Source: Tepidisphaera sp.
GTDB taxonomy: Bacteria > Planctomycetota > Phycisphaerae > Phycisphaerales > UBA1924
Length of the DNA: 64,000 nucleotides
Assembly (NCBI GenBank): GCA_050916045.1
Contig: CP051526.1
Location: forward strand, 3,232,001 to 3,296,000
Direction of reading: 5' to 3'
Made by a program: the position numbers and the translations under genes. Positions 19,708 through 28,207 of this stretch are shown piece after piece. The notes under the pieces are model-generated. The model did not search any database, had not been told where the DNA came from, and saw nothing but the letters and a program-made list of their open reading frames with translations. How positions within the stretch are numbered: position 1 is the first letter of the stretch; each line of letters opens with the position of its first letter.

Positions 19708-22123
19708 GCACATCGACCCCGCCCTCAAAGCGGCGGGGTGGGGTGTCGTCGAGGGGTCCCGCATCGCCCGGGAGCACCCCATCACCCTCGGGCGGCTGGA
19801 AGGTGTCGGCGGGCGGCGGGGCAAGGCGCTCACGGCGGACTATGTCCTCATCTACCGCAACCGCAAGCTGGCGGTGGTGGAGGCCAAGCCGTGGGATGAC
19901 GAGGTCACCGAGGGCGTCGGGCAGGCCAAGAACTACGCGGGCAAACTCGCCGTCCGGTTTACCTACAGCACCAACGGGCAAGGGCTGTACGAGATCGACA
20001 TGCAGACGGGGGCGGAGTCGGAAGTGCCCCACGGCTATCCGACCCCGGACGAACTCTGGGCCCGCACCTTCGCCGTCCCCAATGCGTGGCGGGACCGTTT
20101 CGCGGCCATCCCCTTCCCCGACAAGAGCGGGACATGGTCGATCCGGTTCTATCAAGAAATCGCCGTCAACCGCGTGCTGGAGCGGATCGCCGAGGGCAAC
20201 GACCGGGCACTGCTCACGCTCGCCACCGGCACGGGCAAGACCTCCATCGCCTTCCAGATCGCGTGGAAACTTTTCAGCGCACGCTGGAACCTGCAGGACT
20301 GGAAGAAGAACGCTGACGACAGTGAGCCGCGTCGTCGCCCTCGCATTCTCTTTCTCGCCGACCGTAACACCCTCGCCGGGCAGGCGTACAACGACTTTAC
20401 TTCCTTCGCATCGTTCAAGGACGATGCTCTGGTCCGCATCAAGCCCGACGAGATCCGGAAGAAGGGCCGCGTGCCGACCAACGGCAGCGTCTTTTTCACC
20501 ATCTTCCAGACGTTCATGTGCGGGCCGGAAAAGGTCAACCCCGACGGCTCCAAGTCGCCCAGCCCCTACTTTGGCGACTACCCGCCCGACTTCTTCGACC
20601 TCATCATCATCGACGAGTGTCATCGGGGCGGGGCGAACGACGAGAGCACGTGGCGGGACATTCTGGAGTACTTCAAGCCCGCTGTGCAGTTGGGTCTGAC
20701 GGCCACGCCCAAACGCAAGATCAACACCGACACCTACGCCTACTTCGGCGACCCCGTCTACATCTACTCGCTCAACGACGGGATCAAGGACGGTTTCCTG
20801 ACGCCGTTCAAGGTGCGCCAGATCTCGACCACGCTGGACGAGTACGTGTATGTGCCCGACGACCAGGTGATCGAGGGCGAGGTTGAGGTCGGCAAGCGGT
20901 ACGAAGAGAAGGACTTCAACAGGACCATCGAGATCAAGGCCCGCGAAGAGAAGCGCGTCCGGCTCTTCATGGAGCAGATCGACCAGAAGGAAAAAACGAT
21001 CGTCTTCTGCGCCACGCAGGAGCACGCCCTCGTCGTGCGCGACCTCATCAACCAGATGAAGACCAGCACGGACCCCAACTACTGCCACCGGGTGACGGCG
21101 GCGGACGGCGAACTCGGCGACCAATGGCTCCGGGCCTTCCAGGACAACGAGAAGTTCATCCCAACCATCCTGACCACGTCGCAGAAACTCTCGACGGGTG
21201 TCGACGCCCGCAACATCCGCAATATTGTCCTGATGCGCCCGATCGGCTCGATCATCGAGTTCAAGCAGATCATCGGACGGGGGACGCGGCTCTACGACGG
21301 CAAGGACTATTTCACGATCTACGACTTTGTCAAAGCCCACCACCATTTCAGCGACCCTGAATGGGACGGCGAGCCGATCGAACCGGACCCCGTCAACCCG
21401 TGCGGCAAGTGCGGGCAGACGCCGTGCGTCTGCCAAACCACCCCGCCCGAGCCGTGCGCGGTGTGCGGCTTTCAGCCGTGTCAGTGCGAAAGGGGGCCGT
21501 GCGGAAAGTGCGGCCAGTCACCCTGCCGTTGCCGAAAGAAGGTCAAGGTCAAACTCTCCGACGGCAAGGCGCGCACCATCCAGCACATGAGCGTCACGAC
21601 ATTCTGGCAGCCCAACGGCGCGCCGATGTCCGCCCAGCAATTCATGGAGATGCTGTACGGCAAACTGCCCGAGTTCTTCAAGGACGAGGCCGAGTTGCGT
21701 TCGCTCTGGAGCCAGCCCGACACGCGGGCCAAACTACTCGCGGGTCTATCTGATAAGGGCTTTGGGCGTGAGCAATTGGCCGAGATGCAAAAAATCATCG
21801 ACGCCGAGAAGAGCGACCTCTTCGATGTGCTCGCTCATGTCGCGTACGCATTGACGCCCCTCACTCGCGAAGAGCGCGCGACCCGTGCCCATGCCGCCAT
21901 CGCTGCAGGCTTCACGCCCAAACAGCAATCCTTCCTCGAGTTTGTGCTCGGCGAGTACGTCCGCGTCGGCGTCGAGGAATTGGATACGGATAAACTCTCG
22001 CCACTCCTGAAGTTGAAGTACAACAACGCCATCGCGGACGCTGTCGCGGACCTTGGTCGACCGGAAGAAATCGGCAAGACGTTCTCCGGCTTTCAGAAGC
22101 ACCTGTACGAGCACGTGGCGTAG
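19682..22123 (+). CDS. hsdR: Type I restriction endonuclease subunit R (EcoAI/EcoEI-like)
   Basis: ADY...VVEAK nuclease motif, ATGTGKT, DECHR, TAT, QIIGRGTR, EcoEI-like C-terminus. Confidence 0.95.
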   Translation: MNEAETRAEHIDPALKAAGWGVVEGSRIAREHPITLGRLEGVGGRRGKALTADYVLIYRNRKLAVVEAKPWDDEVTEGVGQAKNYAGKLAVRFTYSTNGQGLYEIDMQTGAESEVPHGYPTPDELWARTFAVPNAWRDRFAAIPFPDKSGTWSIRFYQEIAVNRVLERIAEGNDRALLTLATGTGKTSIAFQIAWKLFSARWNLQDWKKNADDSEPRRRPRILFLADRNTLAGQAYNDFTSFASFKDDALVRIKPDEIRKKGRVPTNGSVFFTIFQTFMCGPEKVNPDGSKSPSPYFGDYPPDFFDLIIIDECHRGGANDESTWRDILEYFKPAVQLGLTATPKRKINTDTYAYFGDPVYIYSLNDGIKDGFLTPFKVRQISTTLDEYVYVPDDQVIEGEVEVGKRYEEKDFNRTIEIKAREEKRVRLFMEQIDQKEKTIVFCATQEHALVVRDLINQMKTSTDPNYCHRVTAADGELGDQWLRAFQDNEKFIPTILTTSQKLSTGVDARNIRNIVLMRPIGSIIEFKQIIGRGTRLYDGKDYFTIYDFVKAHHHFSDPEWDGEPIEPDPVNPCGKCGQTPCVCQTTPPEPCAVCGFQPCQCERGPCGKCGQSPCRCRKKVKVKLSDGKARTIQHMSVTTFWQPNGAPMSAQQFMEMLYGKLPEFFKDEAELRSLWSQPDTRAKLLAGLSDKGFGREQLAEMQKIIDAEKSDLFDVLAHVAYALTPLTREERATRAHAAIAAGFTPKQQSFLEFVLGEYVRVGVEELDTDKLSPLLKLKYNNAIADAVADLGRPEEIGKTFSGFQKHLYEHVA

Positions 22124-22149
22124 GGCGAGTTTGAGCAACGAAGGTCCCG

Positions 22150-22268
22150 AGCAAAGAAAGCCCACCGGGCAGCCGGGTAGGCCTTCCCGGGTGGGGTTGG
22201 CTCCGACATCGCCAAGCGGCGGGCTTTCGGAGGACGGTTCGCCCGTGCGCTCTTCAAAGCAAGGTCCT
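22150..22268 (-). ncRNA. putative structured ncRNA, copy 1
   Basis: Two hairpins ending GGGCUUUCUUU; homologous to copy 2 with G-U/compensatory changes. Confidence 0.5.
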
Positions 22269-22407
22269 GCTCGGGTTATTGGGGGCGGGGTGTCGGCGGG
22301 GGCAGCAGCCGCTCGCCCCGGGGCTCGCTTCGTTCGTTGGTTCTTTTTGGGCGCGGCCGATCGGTTTGGTCCGCGCAGCGCTTTGGTTCCTCGGCAACCA
22401 GACGCCC

Positions 22408-22532
22408 TCAAAGAGAAAGCCCACCGAGCCGTCGGGTAGGCCCTCGCCCGGGTAAAAGGCTCGGGTTCCAACTTCGCCAAGCGGTGGGCTTTCGTAGGAC
22501 CGTTTGCTCGCATACGACCCAAAGCAAGGTCC
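22408..22532 (-). ncRNA. putative structured ncRNA, copy 2
   Basis: Same architecture 259 bp away: GGACC..GGUCC hairpin, then GAAAGCCCACCG..CGGUGGGCUUUC stem and U-rich tail. Confidence 0.5.
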
Positions 22533-22623
22533 GGGCCGGGTTATCGGGGGGGGAGGGCGAGCGGGGTTGGCATGGCTCGCCTGAGGGCTTTGATCCTGTC
22601 GCGAGCAATCCGGCTTGGGGCTT

Positions 22624-22833
22624 GGCGCGGAGTGCGCCAGGCGTGGCGCGCTCTGCGCCAGGGGGCTTTTTCGTCAAACGGGGGCGGGTGAGGTCTGCGC
22701 CACGCGTGGCGCGGGGTGCGCCAGGCGTGGCGCGCTCTGCGCCGGGCGCGGCGCGGGGTGCGCCGGGCGTGGCGCGCTCGGCGCCGGGGCTGGCGCGCTG
22801 TGCGCCACGCGTGGCGCGGGGCTGTTTCGTGTG
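22624..22833. repeat. 21-bp palindromic tandem array (GGCGC-N5-GCGCC-N6), 10 phased slots
   Basis: Units start at 22624, 22645, 22687, 22708, 22729, 22750, 22771, 22792, 22813; slot 22666 is unrelated. Confidence 0.85.
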
Positions 22834-22899
22834 ATTTCGGGGTTGGGGGCGTTTGGCGCGGGGGGATGTGCGTCGGGGGGGGGGGGGCGGGTCAAAAGG

Positions 22900-22952
22900 C
22901 ACCCCCTCCGGCTCGCGGACTCGCCACCTCCCCCGCCGGGGGCGGGGGAGGC
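22900..22952. repeat. REP-like palindromic element
   Basis: CACCCCCTCCGGCTCGCGGACTCGCCA followed by the CCTCCCCCGCC/GGCGGGGGAGG hairpin. Confidence 0.5.
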
Positions 22953-22969
22953 GAGGATGCCGTCCCGCT

Positions 22970-24109
22970 TCAGCGGGACTCGATCGCCGTGTAGCCCACC
23001 GCGTGCGGGCCGGTGTAGTCGGCGTCCGGCCGGAAGAGGCGGTTGTCGCCCAGCTGTTCCAGGCAGTGCGCCGCCCAGCCGCCCACGCGGGCGATCACGA
23101 AGCTCGGCGTAAACAGGTCCAGCGGCAGGCCGATGCAGTGGTACGTCGTCGCCGAGTAGAAGTCGACGTTCGGGTAGATCCCCTTCGCCGCCTTCTCGCG
23201 GTTCATGACCGCTTCGATCGCCGTGCTCTTCTCAAAGAGCGGGAGGTTGCCCGTGTCGCGGGCCAGCTGCTCCGCCAGCACCTTGAGGTGCGTCGCGCGG
23301 GGGTCGTACGCCTTGTAGATCCGGTGGCCGAAGCCGGGGATCTTGTCCTTCTTCGCGAGCTTGTCCTGGATGAACGCTTCGGCCGCGGCGACCGTCGGGA
23401 TCTGGTTGAGCATCTTCATGACGCCCTCGTTGGCGCCGCCGTGGAGGGGCCCTCGGAGGCTTCCGATCGCGCCCGTGATCGCGGAGTAGATGTCGCTCTC
23501 GGTCGAGATGAGGACGCGGGCGGTAAAGGTCGAGTTGTTGAAGCCGTGATCCGCGTGCAAGATCAGGCAGACATCCATCGCCTTGGTCATCGCGGCGGTG
23601 GGCTTGGTGCCGTTGAGCATGTAGAGGAAGTTCTCGGCGAGGCCGAGGGACTTGTCGGGACGGACGAACGCCTTGCCCCCCCCACCCGTGCGGTACTGGT
23701 GGAAGTACGCGAGGAGCGTCGGGACCTGGGCGAGGATGCTGAGGGCTTTGTCGCGGACGCTCGGCAGGTCGATCGCGTTGGGCTTGGCGTCGTGCAGGCC
23801 GAGCGAGCTGACGAGCGTGCGGATGGCGTGCATCGGCTCGGCCGTCTTCGGCATCGTCTTGAGCAGCTCTTCGACGCCCGCGGGGACTTCGTAGCGCGAG
23901 CGGATGGCGGCGGTGAAGTCCGCGAGCTCGGCTTTCTTGGGCAAGCGGCCGTTCCAGAGGAAGAAGACGGTCTCCTCGAAGGTCGAGTGGCTCGCGAGCT
24001 CGCCGATCGGGATGCCGATGTACTCGAGCACACCCTTCTCGCCGTCGATGAACGACAGCTTGGTTTGAGCCGCAACCACGCCTTCGAGACCCTTGGAGAA
24101 CGTCGCCAT
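22970..24109 (-). CDS. citrate synthase family (second paralog)
   Basis: KGLEG, DHGFNNSTF, GPLHGGANE, GFGHRIY, PNVDF, RLFRP; start could be 24115. Confidence 0.93.
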   Translation of the reverse strand: MATFSKGLEGVVAAQTKLSFIDGEKGVLEYIGIPIGELASHSTFEETVFFLWNGRLPKKAELADFTAAIRSRYEVPAGVEELLKTMPKTAEPMHAIRTLVSSLGLHDAKPNAIDLPSVRDKALSILAQVPTLLAYFHQYRTGGGGKAFVRPDKSLGLAENFLYMLNGTKPTAAMTKAMDVCLILHADHGFNNSTFTARVLISTESDIYSAITGAIGSLRGPLHGGANEGVMKMLNQIPTVAAAEAFIQDKLAKKDKIPGFGHRIYKAYDPRATHLKVLAEQLARDTGNLPLFEKSTAIEAVMNREKAAKGIYPNVDFYSATTYHCIGLPLDLFTPSFVIARVGGWAAHCLEQLGDNRLFRPDADYTGPHAVGYTAIESR

Positions 24110-24161
24110 TGCCATCCCTTTCACGCCGCTCGAACGAGCGGGCCACCGAAAAGACCAGCCA

Positions 24162-24226
24162 GTACCACCGGCCGGAACCACCAGCGAGAACCACCAGCGA
24201 GAGCCACCAGCGAGAACCACCAGTTC
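24162..24226. repeat. 13-bp tandem repeat (GAACCACCAGCGA-like x5)
   Basis: Five adjacent units upstream of the citrate synthase gene. Confidence 0.8.
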
Positions 24227-24423
24227 CATCCCCGGCCACCAAGCCGGGCCCCCGCCCCCATACACCCATCCCCACCACCCAACCATCCGAAGCCTGATCG
24301 GCCACAGAACGCAAGGCTAGGGATTGCGCGGGGGAGCGTCAATCGTGCGCGGGGGGTTTTGGGGAGCGGATCCCGGTGGGCTCGCGCCGGCTCGCACCCC
24401 ATCCCCACCCCATACGGTCCCGC

Positions 24424-24939
24424 ATGGCCAAACGACCCGCAACCCCCGCCCTCCACCCCGCCCTCCACCCGACCCGCCACGACCTGCCCGCCTCGGTCCG
24501 GAGCCGGATGGTCGGCGTGCTCAACGGCTGCCTCGCCGAGCTGATCGACCTGGCCACCCACGCCAAGGAAGCCCACTGGAACGTCCGCGGCCCCGCGTTC
24601 ATCGCGATCCACGAGCTCTTTGACAAGGTCGAAGCCACCGCCCAGGCCGCCGTCGATGACGTCGCCGAACGGGCCGTCCAGCTCGGCGGCCGGGCCAACG
24701 GCACCGTCCGCCATGTCGCCCACGCGTCCACGCTCCCGGCGTACCCCGACGGCCTCGTCGATCAGGCCGACCACGCCCGAGCCATCGCCCGCTCGATCGC
24801 CCATGTGACCAAGGAGATCCGGGCCGCCATCGACACCGCCGCGGAGGCCGGGGACCAGGCGACCGCCGACGTCTTCACCGAGCACACCCGGGCTCTCGAC
24901 AAGATCCTCTGGATGGTGGAAGCCCACGACGCGGGCTGA
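24424..24939 (+). CDS. dps: Dps DNA-binding ferritin-like protein
   Basis: HWNVRGPAFIAIHELFD, DDVAER, GDQATAD, LDKILWMVEAH. Confidence 0.93.
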   Translation: MAKRPATPALHPALHPTRHDLPASVRSRMVGVLNGCLAELIDLATHAKEAHWNVRGPAFIAIHELFDKVEATAQAAVDDVAERAVQLGGRANGTVRHVAHASTLPAYPDGLVDQADHARAIARSIAHVTKEIRAAIDTAAEAGDQATADVFTEHTRALDKILWMVEAHDAG

Positions 24940-24977
24940 ACGGGCTGCGGCTCAAGCTCGGGCCGCGCACGAAGCCG

Positions 24978-25427
24978 TCACTTCGGCCGGGCCACCCGCC
25001 ACACGCACGCCGCCCCCACCACGCCCGCCATCGCAACCACGCCGACGACCCAGAGCGGCCGCTCGCGGGCGACCAGCAGCACGCAGCTCGCCCCCACGCA
25101 GGCGACGAGCACCGCAAGCGTGATGATCCGCGCCCGCATCGGCATCACCGCTCCGGGCTCGAGATACTGAAGGAAGGGCGCGAAGAACCGGTTGCGGACA
25201 AGCTTCTGCTCAAGCCAAGGGCAGCTCCGCGTGAAGCACCAGCACGCCGCGATCAGAAAGACAGTCGTCGGCATCCCCGGAACCACCACGCCCACCGCCG
25301 CCATCCCCACGCAAAGCACGCCCGCCACCGCGACCGCCCACCGCAATGCCGATCGCGGCGGATGCCCCGCGTGCGCAGCCACGCTTCCCGCGTGGTCAGC
25401 GTCGGCAGCACCATGGGTTGGGGTCAT
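24978..25427 (-). CDS. YbaN/DUF454 family inner membrane protein
   Basis: GVVVPGMPTTVFLIAACWCFTRS motif; start uncertain. Confidence 0.85.
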   Translation of the reverse strand: MTPTHGAADADHAGSVAAHAGHPPRSALRWAVAVAGVLCVGMAAVGVVVPGMPTTVFLIAACWCFTRSCPWLEQKLVRNRFFAPFLQYLEPGAVMPMRARIITLAVLVACVGASCVLLVARERPLWVVGVVAMAGVVGAACVWRVARPK

Positions 25428-25550
25428 AATCCCGTCCGCGCTCGTAAAAGCATCGGACGGGTTGGAGGGGATCACCGTTGAACGCTGCGGGCCCAGGAGC
25501 GGACCAAGGGGCCGAAGCGGAAGCTCGCGTGAAGAACGTGAAGTCGAGGG

Positions 25551-27071
25551 TCAGGCGTGGGCCAGCGGACGGGCCGCCCCGGCGGCGGACCCATGAGCGC
25601 CCCCGAACTCGGCCATCCGAGAAGCGTCAATGCCAAGTTTAGCCGCGATTCGCGCGCCATAGTCGGCGTCGGCCCGGAAGAAGTGGCAGAGCATCCGCAT
25701 CTGCACCTCCGGACGGGCCTGTTTGAGGCCACCCGCGATCCGCGACGTCAGCCGGTCGCGGTGGCCGTCGTCGAACATCCGGTACAGGTTGCCCGGCTGG
25801 GTGTAGTCGTCGTGATCGACGGTCGAGTCAAACCGGTCGGCGATCGTCTGGCCCAGAGCCCACGCCGGATCGGCGAACGCCGCGTCGGGCTTGGGCGCCG
25901 CGGTGATCGAGTTGGGCCAGTAGTTGGTCGCCGCGCCGTACGAGCCGTCGGTCTGCTGCCCGTCGCGGATGTAGTTCATCACCGGGCAGCGGGGCTTGTT
26001 GACCGGGATCTGGTGGTGGTTGACGCCCAGGCGGTGCAGGTGCGTGTCGGCGTAGGACATCAAGCGGGCCTGGAGCATCTTGTCCGGGCTGGGACCGATG
26101 CCCGGCACGAGCGCCGACGGCTTGAACGCCGCCTGCTCGACCTCGGCGAAGTAATTCTCCGGGTTGCGGTTGAGCTCAAGGGTGCCGATCTCGGTCAGCG
26201 GGAACTCCGCCTGCGGCCAGACCTTTGTGAGATCAAAGGGGTTCCAGCGGAACGAGTCCGCTTGGGTTTGCGTCATGACCTGGATGCAGACGCGCCACTG
26301 GGGGAACTCACCGCGGGCGATGGCATCGAAGAGGTCGCGCTGGTGGGATTCGCGGTCGCTTCCGATGAGAGCGGCGGCGTCGGCGTCGGAGAGGTTCTTG
26401 ATGCCCTGCTTGCACTTGAAGTGGAACTTGACCCACACGCGCTCGCCGGCTTTGTTGATCATCGAGTAGGTGTGGCTCCCGAACCCGTGCACGTTCCGGT
26501 AGGAAGCGGGGATGCCCCGGTCGCTCATCAGGATGGTGACCTGGTGGAGAGCTTCGGGGCAGAGGGACCAGAAGTCCCACTGCATGTCCATGTCGCGGAG
26601 GTTGGTCTGGGGGTTCCGCTTCTGCGTGTGGATGAAGTTCTGGAACTTGTAGGGATCGCGGACGAAGAAGACGGGCGTGTTGTTGCCGACCAGGTCCCAG
26701 TTGCCTTCCTGCGTGTAGAACTTGACGGCAAACCCGCGGACGTCACGCTCGGCGTCGGCGGCGCCGCGCTCGCCCGCGACGGTCGAGAACCGAAGGAAGA
26801 CCTCGGTTTTCTTGCCCACGCGGTTGAGGAAGTCCGCCCGGGTGTAATTCGTCACGTCGGTGGTGACGGTGAACGTGCCGTACGCGCCCGAGCCCTTCGC
26901 GTGCACCACGCGCTCGGGGATCCGCTCGCGGTTGAAGTGCTGCATCTGCTCGAGCAGAGCAACATCCTGCATCAGAAGCGGGCCGCGCGGGCCAGCCGTC
27001 AAAGCCTGCTGCACGCCGATCGGCGCGCCGTTGGCCGTGGTCAGTCGCGGAGAGCTGTTCGTCGTCGTCAT
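25551..27071 (-). CDS. katA: monofunctional small-subunit catalase
   Basis: FNRERIPERVVHAKG, VGNNTPVFF, RLMSYADT; start could be 27089. Confidence 0.95.
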   Translation of the reverse strand: MTTTNSSPRLTTANGAPIGVQQALTAGPRGPLLMQDVALLEQMQHFNRERIPERVVHAKGSGAYGTFTVTTDVTNYTRADFLNRVGKKTEVFLRFSTVAGERGAADAERDVRGFAVKFYTQEGNWDLVGNNTPVFFVRDPYKFQNFIHTQKRNPQTNLRDMDMQWDFWSLCPEALHQVTILMSDRGIPASYRNVHGFGSHTYSMINKAGERVWVKFHFKCKQGIKNLSDADAAALIGSDRESHQRDLFDAIARGEFPQWRVCIQVMTQTQADSFRWNPFDLTKVWPQAEFPLTEIGTLELNRNPENYFAEVEQAAFKPSALVPGIGPSPDKMLQARLMSYADTHLHRLGVNHHQIPVNKPRCPVMNYIRDGQQTDGSYGAATNYWPNSITAAPKPDAAFADPAWALGQTIADRFDSTVDHDDYTQPGNLYRMFDDGHRDRLTSRIAGGLKQARPEVQMRMLCHFFRADADYGARIAAKLGIDASRMAEFGGAHGSAAGAARPLAHA

Positions 27072-27170
27072 GCGTGGGCTCCTGTGCATCGCCGTGGGAC
27101 CTGGTCCCGGGACGCGTAAAGATACCGGCCGAACCCCAGAGGTGTCAAAGAGTTTGTGCCAGCATCACCC

Positions 27171-27185
27171 ATAGGATAGTCCTAT
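27171..27185. promoter_or_regulatory. OxyR-type operator ATAG-N7-CTAT
   Basis: ATAGGATAGTCCTAT lies between divergent katA and oxyR and overlaps the oxyR ATG. Confidence 0.7.
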
Positions 27186-28125
27186 GGAGATCCACCAGCT
27201 TCGGTACATGGTCGCCGTCGCCGAGACCGGGAGCGCCACCCGGGCCGCCGCTCGATGCCGCGTCGCTCAACCCTCGCTCAGCCAGCAGATCGCCAAGCTC
27301 GAACGCTCGCTTGGCAAACGCCTCTTCGACCGCCTGGGCACGGGCATGGCGCTCACGGACGCGGGCAAAGCGTTCCTCCCCCGCGCATCCCGAATCCTCG
27401 CGGGCGTGGACGAAGCGGACGCCTGGGCGGGCCGCGGAGAGATGGCTGAAGCCCCATCGCTCGCCGTCGGCGCGATCCCCACCATCGCCCCCTACCTGTT
27501 GCCCGCCGCTCTCGCGGAGGCTCGCAAGCACCTTCCCGGATGCGAGTTCAAGATCCGCGAGGACCTCACGGACAATCTGGTCGAAGGTCTGCTCGATCTC
27601 AGCCTCGACTGCGCCCTGATGAGCACGCCGCCGGTGGATGACCGGCTTGACACCGAAACCATCGGCGATGATGAGCTTCTGGCCGTCATTCCTGCATCGT
27701 GGAAGGATGTGCCGCGCTCGGCTCGCAACGCCGTTGCTCTGGCCGAACTTCGGGACCAGCCCGCGGTGCTCCTGGACGAGGTGCACTGCCTGGGACACCA
27801 AGTGGAAGCGTTCTGCTCCAGCCGCAAGCTCGGCCCTCGCGTCGTCTGTCGCACGACCCAGCTGACCACGATCCTCGAGATGGTCTCGCTAGGCTTGGGA
27901 TTCTCGCTCGTGCCGCGCATGGCGGTCAGGCCTTCGGTCAAGCGACGGATCGTCCACCTCTCGCCGGTGCGGCCCAAGCGTCCGATCGTGCTGGCGTGGC
28001 GCGTCGGTCGAACGCGGAGCGCCGCTTCTCTCGCCCTGCTCGCGGCGCTCGCTGAAGCGCTCCGATCCGTGCAGGGGCGGCCGGGTGCCGGAGCCGAACA
28101 GCGCGCCCTTCGCAAAGACCCATAA
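27184..28125 (+). CDS. oxyR: LysR-family hydrogen peroxide sensor
   Basis: LysR HTH (QPSLSQQI), IPTIAPYLLP, HCLGHQVEAFC (C-x8-C); divergent from catalase. Confidence 0.85.
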   Translation: MEIHQLRYMVAVAETGSATRAAARCRVAQPSLSQQIAKLERSLGKRLFDRLGTGMALTDAGKAFLPRASRILAGVDEADAWAGRGEMAEAPSLAVGAIPTIAPYLLPAALAEARKHLPGCEFKIREDLTDNLVEGLLDLSLDCALMSTPPVDDRLDTETIGDDELLAVIPASWKDVPRSARNAVALAELRDQPAVLLDEVHCLGHQVEAFCSSRKLGPRVVCRTTQLTTILEMVSLGLGFSLVPRMAVRPSVKRRIVHLSPVRPKRPIVLAWRVGRTRSAASLALLAALAEALRSVQGRPGAGAEQRALRKDP

Positions 28126-28207
28126 CCGACCCCATGGGCCAACAAATGTCCCCTGCGCGGCGGAGCTTTCCGGTACGATGCTCCTTCACCGAGGGTGAGG
28201 AGCTTTC

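Noticed and set aside
22150..22532. Twin elements as fluoride, ZTP or other known riboswitches, or as group II intron domain V
   Set aside because: Short matches exist (GGCGAUG, GCCUAC, CGUAUGCG), but the required pseudoknot and core motifs are absent and no gene follows on that strand
22624..22833. CRISPR array
   Set aside because: Units are contiguous 21-mers without unique spacers of CRISPR length, and there are no cas genes
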